Positions 30,158 to 39,426 of a stretch of 64,000 nt of DNA are shown piece after piece. The DNA lies in assembly GCA_905171695.1 (NCBI GenBank), contig LR991653.1:1658150-1722149 (forward strand). Reading direction: 5' to 3'. This DNA comes from Candidatus Methanoperedenaceae archaeon GB37 (lineage in GTDB: Archaea; Halobacteriota; Methanosarcinia; Methanosarcinales; EX4572-44). The first letter of the stretch is position 1, and each line of letters begins with the position of its first letter. The position numbers and the translations under genes are program-made. The notes beneath the pieces were generated by a model. That model worked only from the letters and a program-made list of their open reading frames with translations, was not told where the DNA came from and ran no database searches.

Positions 30158-30984
30158 CGCGAACCAAGCTCTGTGCGGATTACAAGATCGATTAAGTCCC
30201 GAGGATCGCTATCTCTAACCCAATTATCCTTAAGAACCTCGAGTTTTCGTGAGACTTTAGGTGCAAGAGGATCTTCGGATCTGGCTATCTTACCAATCTC
30301 CTCATCAAATACATCATCAAAGTCTCTCTTGGCCATTATTCTGCTTTTTTGTCCCATGGTAGCTTCTACAACAATACCTACACCATTCTCTATTGAGTAG
30401 GGATACAGTCCTTCTCCATGCCTGGCTCCACGTGTCTTAACGATCTTGAGTGTGCGATTGTACAGCTCACCCATACCAATATCTTCCAGACATATCACAC
30501 TGTCTGCAAGGTAGAGCGGGAGAAGTGTGACAGGGCTGCCGTTCTTATTCTCTTCGAGTGTCACCACCGTGGTTCCAATCTCTCGAAGCTCTTGGAAGAT
30601 CATGCTCAGGAACTTTCTCTCTGTCTCATCCATGAATAGGGTGAGATAAGTGAACGGATCGATTGATATTAGAACATCTTCTCCTCCTTTAATCACCTCT
30701 CTTATATCTTGTATGAAGTCAAGCGGAGGGAAGACCAGATCTTCTCCAAAAAAATGGAGAATAGTGAGACTTCCATTCTCTATATGTTCTTCTATCTCGA
30801 AGAACCCAAGCGATAGACAGTCCTGTATGATCTGTTTTTCAGACATCTCAAATGAGATCAAAAGTCCCGTGTGGTTGCGATTCAGGTTGTGGAGGATGTA
30901 TTGTATGGCAAAGGTACTCTTTCCAGCACCCGGACCCCCGCAGAGGACATTCACCGTATTCTTGCGAAAACCACCGTCTATCAA
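30154..30984 (-). CDS. KaiC-like RecA-superfamily ATPase (single domain)
   Basis: Walker A GGPGAGKST and Walker B-like VLISIDP. The conserved N-terminal PTGIYGLDELIDGG continues in frame upstream of the tracked TTG start. Confidence 0.8.
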   Translation of the reverse strand: MIDGGFRKNTVNVLCGGPGAGKSTFAIQYILHNLNRNHTGLLISFEMSEKQIIQDCLSLGFFEIEEHIENGSLTILHFFGEDLVFPPLDFIQDIREVIKGGEDVLISIDPFTYLTLFMDETERKFLSMIFQELREIGTTVVTLEENKNGSPVTLLPLYLADSVICLEDIGMGELYNRTLKIVKTRGARHGEGLYPYSIENGVGIVVEATMGQKSRIMAKRDFDDVFDEEIGKIARSEDPLAPKVSRKLEVLKDNWVRDSDPRDLIDLVIRTELGSR

Positions 30985-31051
30985 CTCATCGAGCCCATAG
31001 ATACCTGTTGGAACAATTGCTCTATCTGCTATAAAATCCCTCCATCATTCC

Positions 31052-31079
31052 ATCAGTGTTATTAGATCAGTGTTATTAG
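31052..31079. repeat. 14-bp perfect tandem duplication (ATCAGTGTTATTAG x2)
   Basis: Read directly. Lies just upstream of the KaiC-like gene. Confidence 0.9.
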
Positions 31080-31321
31080 TATAATAATAATTATTTGTAT
31101 CCATCATAACAATCTATACAATCATTATTACAATGATTCTTTGTATATAGTATTTTCTTTTGAGGTGCTGTGTTGAATAACTATAGGAGTTGCAAACTTT
31201 AAACTTTTACATTGCCCCCTTTCATTATCTTTTATACTCATATTGAATTTCCAGAAGGGGCTTCATTGGTCACATCGTACTTTAGTATGGTATTAATAAA
31301 AGAGGGTCGTATCCCCATTTT

Positions 31322-31787
31322 GGACGTGTCCACTTAACATAGACGCCACCTCAACCGATTATAATAAAGCATAAAGAGCTTACAGAACAAATTCCAGTTT
31401 TCAACAGGATTAAAAGAGCTAATTGAGCAGAAAAATATCTTTATTCTCTGTTTTAGTGTTGCATGAAATCTTTTGGGTGGATTTCATGCGAGTTTCAGAT
31501 TTCCAATCTGAAACAAGGAGCTCTGATACAAGCAGGCAATCTCTCTTCAAACATTCCCTCTTTCCAAAGAGAGGGTTTTAGAGACCGGATGAAGCTCAGA
31601 GAGAGAATTCTGGCAGTCCTCCTGAGCCGAGAGAAGACATCTGAATATAGGTTACAATACCGAAAATTTTAACCTCAAAAGGCGCCTTATTCCTCTCAAA
31701 CACCCTTAACTCTTCGACAATCCCACCTTACCATCAGCATAAATAAAAAATAGTCTCTTGTATTTATAATTTTATGTGGACGGGTCC
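31322..31787 (-). mobile_element. MITE copy 3 (inverted, internally deleted)
   Basis: Ends GGACGTGTCCACTTAAC ... TTATGTGGACGGGTCC. Collinear with the reverse complement of copy 1 except for a roughly 105-bp internal deletion. Confidence 0.8.
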
Positions 31788-32280
31788 GTCGCCTCTTTCT
31801 TCTGCTTTAGCATGACCCCCGGGGGGTCGGCAGTGATAAGAGTTGCATCTTGGATGACCCTTTTTTTTTCTTTACTTTTAAGCCTTTAGCTTTGAGCTCT
31901 CTCTGCAACTCCTTCTATATTATTTCTTGTCTTTTCCCGTTCTGATCATTCTTTCTTTGAATTTCCACACAGTTGAATAATCTGGAATACTTTCAGGAAA
32001 ACCAATGAACTTACGGAAAGATGCTCTGTCAGCAATCTGCCTTTCAATTTCTGGATCTGATAAACCATACCACTACTGTAAGATGAGAATTTTCATCATA
32101 ACAACTTCACCTATCTTCGGTCTTCCTCCCTTTTTCTGTAATGTTTCTCTACATTCCCGCAACAACTGGTCTGAATACTTCCCAATCAATCAGAGTGAAT
32201 CTATTTCTACAAGCCTATCACCAAGTTTTTTCACCCTTTCCATATTCTTCATTCAACGAATAATCGATTAAATACTTCAT
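31788..32280 (-). pseudogene. IS5-family transposase N-terminal remnant
   Basis: Minus-strand translation gives WYGLSDPEIERQIADRASFRKFIGFPESIPDYSTVWKFKERM (InsH/DUF772-like) and GVIQDATLITADP. It has stops and frameshifts and is cut off by MITE copy 3. Confidence 0.5.
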
Positions 32281-32613
32281 ACATATTTTATGCTGAAAAA
32301 TGGGTCAATAAAGGTTTCTGCTTTAATTAAGAAGATGTTTGTTAATTTGATGAGGTCTGGAGGTAAGTGAGTTTTTCAAAGTTCTCTTCTGTCTCTTTGT
32401 ACTGTTTTTCGATCTGATAGATTTTTCCCGGTGTTACTCTCGTCACAACCGCTAGCTTTCCTTTACTGGAGCTTTCTTCTTTTCAAGCTGTCTCTGACCA
32501 TATATCCGATCCGATCGATCTTCCTCTTCGTTAATTCTTCTCGCAGGAGTTGGATGGTAGGGTTGTGAAACAATTTTGGGATGAGACACTTCTGAGACCA
32601 CATGGCATGGTCT

Positions 32614-32835
32614 TCATGTATCGATCTCGATCACCTTATTCCTTGATCGCACACCCTTCACGATCCGTACCCTGTTCCGTCTCACTCCGAAAAACTCTGC
32701 TAGAAGTTTAACCACTGCGTCATTCGCCTTGCCACCGACTGCAGGTGCTCTCACATACACCCTGAACTCACCATCCTCCTTCAGAACCTCGTCCCTCTTT
32801 GCACTCGAAACCACCCTCACAGATATAACTTTCAT
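32614..32835 (-). CDS. DUF167/YggU-family protein
   Basis: 73 aa with VRAPAVGGKANDAVVKLLAEFFGV..RVRIVKG, typical of YggU. Confidence 0.8.
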   Translation of the reverse strand: MKVISVRVVSSAKRDEVLKEDGEFRVYVRAPAVGGKANDAVVKLLAEFFGVRRNRVRIVKGVRSRNKVIEIDT

Positions 32836-32919
32836 ACTGAGTCACCTAAAAGTCCTCTTCATGGTAGATGAAGCTTGCCAAACTTTAAGAGTTATAAAGT
32901 CCTGAATAGAGGACTGGAA

Positions 32920-34113
32920 ATGTTTTTGGTGAGAGGGGATGGTTTGAAAGAGGAGCTGATCAATTTTCTGAGAGAAGAAGAGATGGATGGATACATGATC
33001 TATGCAGATAGTGCAACCGATTCAGATCTCTACTATCTAACGCGTTTCCTTGCTCATGATCCATTTCTCTATCTTCACACCCTTGAGAGGGAGATGGTGC
33101 TTGTATCGACGCTTGAGGCGAGGCGGGCGGAGAGAGAGGCAAGCGTCGACGAGATCGTAACGACCGAGAGATATGGGATGCGCGAGCTTCTCAAGAGTGG
33201 GGTCTCGAGGGCGGAGGCATACGTTGAGGTTGTGAGAGGGTTGCTTCAGGATGCCTTCAATGGAGAGAGTGGCGTGAGGATTGCTGTGCCGCAGAACTTT
33301 GAGGTCTACCTTGCAGACCGGTTGAGGGAGGATCGAGAGATAATACCAAGAATAAGTCCACTCAGGGCTATGCGGGCGCGAAAGAAGAGGGATGAGATTG
33401 CACTGATAATAGATGCAGAGAGGAGAGCAGAAGAGGCGCTCGGTCTTGCTGAAGAGAGACTGAAAGAGGCAGAGGTACGGGGAAGCAGGCTCTATCTCAA
33501 GGGCGAGGTGCTCACTTCAGAGAGACTGAGAGGCATAATCGATATGAGCCTCTTATCGAATGGTTATGAGACCGAGGCAACGATCGTTGCATGTGGCACC
33601 CAGAGTGCTGAGCCACATAACATTGGATCTGGACCGCTCGAATCTGATAAGCCGATCGTGATCGACATATTCCCGCGCCACAAGACCAACCGATACCATG
33701 CAGACCTCACAAGAACATTCGTACTGGGAACGCCAGAGCCAGAACTGATAGAGATGCACAGCGCAGTGCTCGATGCCCAGGAGAAGGCGATCGAGGCGAT
33801 CCAGCCCGGAGTTACAGGAAGCGAGGTTCATGAGATCGTGACGAGAGTACTTGAATCGCACGGGTATGAGAGCGGAGACGAGGGCTTCATCCATTCAACA
33901 GGTCATGGAGTAGGACTTGAGATTCACGAACCACCATCACTCAGCGAGGGGGGAGAGGTACTTGAAGTCGGGAACGTCGTAACAGTCGAACCAGGACTCT
34001 ACTATCAGAAGATCGGTGGTGTTCGTGTGGAAGACCTGATTCTCGTGACAGAGAAGGGGAGCAAGAATCTCACCACATATCACAAAGAATTGAGGATTGA
34101 GGAGAGAGTATGA
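32920..34113 (+). CDS. M24-family Xaa-Pro peptidase
   Basis: Creatinase-like N domain plus M24 metal ligands (HSTGHGVGLEIHE, VEPGLY, RVED). ATG at 32920 within tracked ORF 32875..34113. Confidence 0.85.
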   Translation: MFLVRGDGLKEELINFLREEEMDGYMIYADSATDSDLYYLTRFLAHDPFLYLHTLEREMVLVSTLEARRAEREASVDEIVTTERYGMRELLKSGVSRAEAYVEVVRGLLQDAFNGESGVRIAVPQNFEVYLADRLREDREIIPRISPLRAMRARKKRDEIALIIDAERRAEEALGLAEERLKEAEVRGSRLYLKGEVLTSERLRGIIDMSLLSNGYETEATIVACGTQSAEPHNIGSGPLESDKPIVIDIFPRHKTNRYHADLTRTFVLGTPEPELIEMHSAVLDAQEKAIEAIQPGVTGSEVHEIVTRVLESHGYESGDEGFIHSTGHGVGLEIHEPPSLSEGGEVLEVGNVVTVEPGLYYQKIGGVRVEDLILVTEKGSKNLTTYHKELRIEERV

Positions 34114-35012
34114 AGGATATAGACTCGATAGAAGATGAAACGGTTGAAGAGATCATAGAAAAATACGTGAGAGCCGGGGCAATAGTATCTAAAATCCGAG
34201 AGAGAACTGCAAAGAGAGTGAAGATAGGAGAGAGTCTGCTTGAGGTTGCGAGAGAGATCGAGGAAGAGATGATCGGAGCAGGGTGCAAACCAGCATTCCC
34301 AACCAATATATCACGGAACGAAGAGGCAGCGCACGCAACACCCACGAAGGATGACACAAGAGTCTTCGGAGAAGACATTGTGAAGATCGACCTCGGGACA
34401 CAGATAGACGGATACATCGCAGACACCGCGATAACGATCGACCTGGCAGGCAGAAGCGATCTTGTGAAAGCCTCTGAAGACGCACTCGATAACGCCATCA
34501 AAAATCTACATGCCGGGATAAATACGAAGGAGATTGCAGCCATAATCGAAGAGACGATCACAGAGTACGGATACAAGCCGATAGCGAACCTCACAGGACA
34601 CGGGCTTGCGCGATACAACCAGCACGCACCACCAACAATCCCGAATGTCAAGGTCGAACACGGCACCATACTCGAAGAAGGCGAGATCGTAGCGATCGAA
34701 CCATTCGCAACCGACGGCGCTGGAAGAGTTGTAGAAGGGCACACGAGAGAGATATACCGTCTGATCGAAGAAAAACCGATCCGTCACCCGATAGCAAGAA
34801 AACTTCTCACACAACTGAGAGAGTACAGAACACTCCCATTTGCAAAACGCTGGCTCGCAGGTGAACACATAGACTTTGCGCTACACCAGCTCGAAAAAGC
34901 ACAGATAATAATGGGCTATCCAGTATTGAAAGACGCAGGTGGTGGATTGGTATCACAAGCAGAACACACCGTGATGATCACAGAGAACGGATGCGAGGTC
35001 TTAACGAGATAA
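34110..35012 (+). CDS. map: methionine aminopeptidase, type 2 (archaeal)
   Basis: 300 aa. M24A type-2 pattern (DLGTQIDGYIADTA, GHGL, EPF, AEHTV). 4-nt overlap with the upstream peptidase. Confidence 0.9.
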   Translation: MKDIDSIEDETVEEIIEKYVRAGAIVSKIRERTAKRVKIGESLLEVAREIEEEMIGAGCKPAFPTNISRNEEAAHATPTKDDTRVFGEDIVKIDLGTQIDGYIADTAITIDLAGRSDLVKASEDALDNAIKNLHAGINTKEIAAIIEETITEYGYKPIANLTGHGLARYNQHAPPTIPNVKVEHGTILEEGEIVAIEPFATDGAGRVVEGHTREIYRLIEEKPIRHPIARKLLTQLREYRTLPFAKRWLAGEHIDFALHQLEKAQIIMGYPVLKDAGGGLVSQAEHTVMITENGCEVLTR

Positions 35013-35020
35013 AGGAGAAG

Positions 35021-35821
35021 ATGAAAGAGAGAGATCAGAGACTCAGAGAGAGAACCATCGGCAAGAGAGTTGCAACACTGATAAATCCAGTAACCCTGAC
35101 AGCTCTAATAATACTCACAACCACCGCCCAGGCAAGTATCACAGAGAACACCACCATAACGATCACTCCAACCGAGATAACATCTCTCACAACGAGAATC
35201 TACACAAACAACGACTCAAAGAACCTCCAAAGAGAGATCGACATGGAAGGAGATAACAACAGCTATATTAATGCATGGGAAATAATAAAATATGAAAGAG
35301 TGCAACAGAGATGGATGAAAAGAGAGGAAGCGCCCTGGACAATCAAAAACGCCACAAGAGAGAGAAGAATAAACACCCACACCATAAGCCAGAGAGCACT
35401 TGGAAGGATCAACCCAGAAAAGAAGATAACAACAAAAAGTGAGATCACAACCATCTACCCACAGGGAGAGAGAGTAGAGATCACGATCAAAAAGCCAGAG
35501 AACGAAACGATCATCATCGTCAAAAAAGAGATCAAAATCGAGAGAATAAGACAGACCAACACCACAATACTGAGAACTGACGACTACCAAATGATAAAAC
35601 CACAAAATAACACAACAATAACACTACTACTCAAAAAAGAGAGAAACATAGAGAGAACAACCACAAACCAGAAGAACACAGAGGATGAGTTAGTAAAGAA
35701 TAGCAGAGAAAAAAGAGAAATAGAAGAAGTGAAGAAGGAGAGGGAGACAGCGCTCCTCATCACAGCCAGCATATTCATCACATTAACAACCCTCCTTATC
35801 GTACTATACAAAAAATTATAG
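35021..35821 (+). CDS. hypothetical sequon-rich surface protein with N- and C-terminal hydrophobic anchors
   Basis: ATG at 35021 preceded by AGGAG. T/I/K/E/N-rich, many N-x-T/S sequons, C-terminal TM plus KKL. Confidence 0.45.
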   Translation: MKERDQRLRERTIGKRVATLINPVTLTALIILTTTAQASITENTTITITPTEITSLTTRIYTNNDSKNLQREIDMEGDNNSYINAWEIIKYERVQQRWMKREEAPWTIKNATRERRINTHTISQRALGRINPEKKITTKSEITTIYPQGERVEITIKKPENETIIIVKKEIKIERIRQTNTTILRTDDYQMIKPQNNTTITLLLKKERNIERTTTNQKNTEDELVKNSREKREIEEVKKERETALLITASIFITLTTLLIVLYKKL

Positions 35822-36090
35822 CAAAAAGTTATATAGAGATCGTTTGGTTTATTTCACAGAGGGAGGGTGAGAGAGTCTGGAGAGAGGCCCTTATAAGCAG
35901 GTTAGGGAGAGCTATAGGGTCCATAGGATTTTATCTTCGGAAGGATCTGCTGGAAGGTGAGAAGCATCCAGAATGAAGTATATACGCAATTCATTCGCAC
36001 GCCTTTAGAATCGAAACGTTATATGAACATTGAAGATATTTATGGTTAAATGCATAGCATCTTAAACTTATCACTAAAGAACTCCTCATT

Positions 36091-37078
36091 CTACTTTTTT
36101 GCAAGTGTTATCGATTTTGTTATCTTTTTGAAGGTTTTAGTAATAATTTCTTTAAGTTTTTTTATATTCAGTGGTGTTTTCTCTGAAATTGCTCTTTTAG
36201 CACTCTTCTAGACGTTTTCAATCGGATTCGGATCAGGTGAGTGATGGGGGGATAAACCAGTGAAATGTTCGGTTTCTCGGCTTCCTTCCTTATCTTCCTG
36301 GTATGTTGTGTTCTGAGGTTGTTCGGGGTGATTACAATTCTCTTTTTTCAGGTTTTGCTTCCCTTATCTTTCTGGGAAAAGACACGCGGAGTCTTCATCC
36401 TTGTTGCTCTTGGGAGACTCTATTGAGCTTTCTCTGTTCAAGGTGTAGAATCCTGTAACTTTAGCTTTAATATAGGTAGCAACTCTCTTAAGAGGCTTAT
36501 CGAAGCTCCATAATCTTGCTGTGTTTGTGTTCGCTTCAACTGCCATCTTATCGATAAATCCTATTTACGTCATCCTCGATTTCAGCGTCGTCAAGGGTTT
36601 TTAAAGTGTCTTCTGCATTATCTGGCTTTCTGTAATCCTTCTGGTATGGTCTGGCGTATCTCATTCCAAACGATTTTAGAATTCTTCTGACCTGCCATGA
36701 GGAGTAGATAACTCCAAATTCTAATTCTGCTTCAATGAGCTCTTGAACTTCCTTCGTCGTCCAGGAATCCTTCTCCTTGAGCATTTCTCTGAGCTCTTCC
36801 TTCTGCTCTTCTGTAAGTTTAGATGGTCTTCCTCCACCAAAATCCGGAATTAAACCTTCGTAACCATTGGAGTTCCATCTTTTAAGCCATGCGTAGCCGG
36901 TCGCTTTGGTAACTCCTACCAAACCGGCAACTTCCTCAACACTCATTCCTCTGCAAAGGCGTCTTATAAAGTACAGTCTTTGAAAGACTCTTGTGTCTTT
37001 CTCGAGTTTCTTGATCTCTTCATCCAGTTCTTCTACTGGTAGATACTTCACCACCTCGTAAACCCACTTTCTTCCCAC
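36091..37078 (-). pseudogene. IS630-family transposase, disrupted
   Basis: N-terminal HTH part is intact (ORF 36548..37078). Downstream pieces sit in other frames and include SPDPNPIENV (the IS630 DDE-region motif) with a stop where Trp is expected. Confidence 0.75.
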
Positions 37079-37127
37079 ATATCTGGTCTGTTATCTTTAG
37101 TATAAAATAATTTTGATTAGAACAATA

Positions 37128-37697
37128 GGACGTGTCCACATAAAATTATAAATACGGGAGATTATCTTTTATTTATGCTGAGGGTAAGGTGGGATTGTTG
37201 AAGAGTTGAGGGTGTTTGAGAGGAATGAGGTGCCTTTTCTATGTTGAGATTCTCGGTATTGTAACCTGTATTCAGACGTCTTCTCTCGGGAAGACTGCCA
37301 GAATTCTCTCTCTGGCTTCATCCGGTCTCCATAGACCTCTCTTTGGAAGAGGGATGGTTGGAGAGAGATTGCCTGCTTGCATCGGAGAAGAAGAGAATAT
37401 ACCTGATAGCATTAGACGAAAGAGCTGTTAAAGCAAATAAAAAGGCGTACTATGTCTATTCTGCTCTTTCGGAGAGAGAGGTTTGGTTGAATCAGTATTC
37501 TCCTTGTTTCAGATTGAAAATCTGAAACTCGCATGAAATCCACCCAAAAAATTTCATGCAACACTAAAACAGAGAATTAAGATATTCTTCCATTCGATCA
37601 ACTGCCCAGATCCAACCAAAAACTGGAACCTATTCTGCAAACTGTTCACATTATACTATTACCAGTTGAGGTGGCGTCTATGTTTAATGGACGCGTC
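37128..37697 (+). mobile_element. MITE copy 2 (570 bp)
   Basis: Ends GGACGTGTCCACATAA ... TTAATGGACGCGTC, flanked by TA on both sides. Lies 50 bp from the IS630 pseudogene start. Confidence 0.8.
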
Positions 37698-37763
37698 TAT
37701 CGCGTCCATCGTTCGATATCGAAAGGTATAATTATGTTGCATGCCAGATTCGATATGTAGGGC

Positions 37764-38327
37764 ATGGTTTTGAAGTGTGTTGCAGTGGTTGTATTTCTGC
37801 TTGTGTCGTGTGGTTGTGTTGGTATGGAGTCGGATCATGCTCGGGATCGGGAAGGTGATATGATGAATGAGATCAGTGTATCTTCAGACGCGTTCGAGGA
37901 TGATGGGATGATACCTGCTGAGTATACCTGTGATGGTGAGAATGTCTCTCCACAGATCTCGTGGACTGGTATTCCCGCTGGTTCGAAGAGCATTGTTCTG
38001 ATCGTGGACGATCCTGACGCCCCGGGGGGTACGTTCACTCATTGGGTGGTCTATAATATACCTCCTGATGTGGTGGAGCTTCCTCGGGGCGTTGAGAGGC
38101 AAGGTGCTCTTCCCAGTGGGTGTGTGCGGGGTGTGACCGATTTTGGATCGATCGGGTATGGGGGTCCATGTCCACCTCCTGGAAAGCCGCATCGGTACCA
38201 CTTCAAGGTCTACGCACTTGATGAGAAGCTATCCCTTGGTGGTGGTAGCACGAAGGATGAGGTGGAGGCTGCTATGGAGGGGCACGTCCTTGCAATGGGC
38301 GAGCTTGTTGGGCGCTATGGGCGATGA
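37764..38327 (+). CDS. PEBP/YbhB-family protein with lipoprotein-like signal
   Basis: 187 aa with DDPDAPGGTFTHWVVYNIP and GYGGPCPPPG..HRYHF. N-terminal hydrophobic segment ends in SCGC. Confidence 0.85.
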   Translation: MVLKCVAVVVFLLVSCGCVGMESDHARDREGDMMNEISVSSDAFEDDGMIPAEYTCDGENVSPQISWTGIPAGSKSIVLIVDDPDAPGGTFTHWVVYNIPPDVVELPRGVERQGALPSGCVRGVTDFGSIGYGGPCPPPGKPHRYHFKVYALDEKLSLGGGSTKDEVEAAMEGHVLAMGELVGRYGR

Positions 38328-38564
38328 AGCATCAATGTCAAAGAAAACCACTATTTTTTCTGATTCGTCAACCTTATAGATTATTCGGTACTTTCCAACT
38401 CTCTTTTTCCAATATTCTTTTAAATCTCCTTTTAGGTTTAGTCCTGAATAAGGTTCGTCTAAAATTTCCTCAATGGCTTTTATGACTCGTTCCTTCATAT
38501 CTATATCGAGTTTCTTCCCTTCTTTAAGAAAAGTTCTCAAAAAACGTGCGCGGTACATCTTCAC
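38229..38564 (-). CDS. RelE/ParE-family toxin with aberrant C-terminus
   Basis: RelE pattern GKYRIIYKVDESEKIVVFFDI. The expected GHR..Y tail is then replaced by read-through antisense to the PEBP gene. Confidence 0.55.
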   Translation of the reverse strand: MKMYRARFLRTFLKEGKKLDIDMKERVIKAIEEILDEPYSGLNLKGDLKEYWKKRVGKYRIIYKVDESEKIVVFFDIDASSPIAPNKLAHCKDVPLHSSLHLILRATTTKG

Positions 38565-38764
38565 CTTAATAACGCTTCTATTTTTTCTGGCTCGGAATCT
38601 ACGTAATCACCGCTTTTTAGCTCTTCCTCTCCCTTCTTTAATCTTTTCAATGTCGCCTCGTCCAAGAGCACTTCCAGTGTTTTAAGAATCTGATCTATCT
38701 TCTCATGCGCTTCATAGATCTCCTCGAGCATCTTTTTTGGTATCTGGATCGTATCCGTCTCCAT
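38561..38764 (-). CDS. putative antitoxin of the adjacent RelE-like gene
   Basis: Small acidic ORF (METDTIQIPKK...) overlapping the toxin start by 4 nt. Confidence 0.4.
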   Translation of the reverse strand: METDTIQIPKKMLEEIYEAHEKIDQILKTLEVLLDEATLKRLKKGEEELKSGDYVDSEPEKIEALLR

Positions 38765-39156
38765 GATAGCAAATATAGATTCAGAGGATATAAAAAGTTT
38801 CGCTATGAAGCGTAAAGCACGCCTCATCCACCCATGTACAACCTTCGATTGGACTTGAGCACCTCAGAGAGGTGCTCCTTTTGCGATTGCCTATCAAAGG
38901 CATCTTCGGTCGAACGGTTCAGCCGAAGGTTCAGCCGAAGGCTGAATAGCCCTATCGGTAGGTGGGCTTTTTGCAGGGTGGGCTTTTGGAAAAGCCTGCA
39001 GGGAGTGGAGTTGTGGCTGGTGGGGTTGGGGTGAAGATGCTTCAGCGGTAGTAGATCTCGCTTCCGCCGTTGGTGTAGATTTTCAGAACGATGAAAAGGA
39101 AGAGGCAAAAAGGTATAAGTAGAGAGGCATCGACTTTAGTTGGTTGTGGTGATAAA

Positions 39157-39426
39157 ATGAGGAGCATTTTTACCGCGTTGATCCGGGAGGAGGTAGAAGG
39201 TGGATACTCGGTGCTGTGCCCGGAGCTGGGAGTGGTGAGCCAGGGTGAAACTATAGAAGAAGTGAAGGAGAATATAGTCGAGGCGGTTGAGCTGTATCTT
39301 GAGTCTGCAAAGGATCTCGGAATTCTGGAGGAAATTCTGGAGGAGGCTGGTGTCGATCTCAAAACCGCCAGAGATACGATCGTATTGAGCGAGTACATCA
39401 CCACGCCCCTGCAGGCGAGCCTATAA
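39157..39426 (+). CDS. hicB: HicB-family antitoxin
   Basis: YSVLCPELGVVSQGETIEEVKENIVEAVELYLE is UPF0150/HicB-like. ATG at 39157. Confidence 0.8.
   Translation: MRSIFTALIREEVEGGYSVLCPELGVVSQGETIEEVKENIVEAVELYLESAKDLGILEEILEEAGVDLKTARDTIVLSEYITTPLQASL

Noticed and set aside
32400-32560. Possible HTH-protein fragment on the minus strand (..LAVVTRVTPGKIYQIEKQYKE..).
   Set aside because: It is short and interrupted, with no start or stop context. It is probably more transposon debris, but that is unsupported.
37126-37699. TA target-site duplication as proof of IS630-type transposition of the MITE.
   Set aside because: TA flanks both ends of copy 2 and one end of copy 1, but not the other ends (TG or CG). 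The duplication cannot be asserted from three copies.
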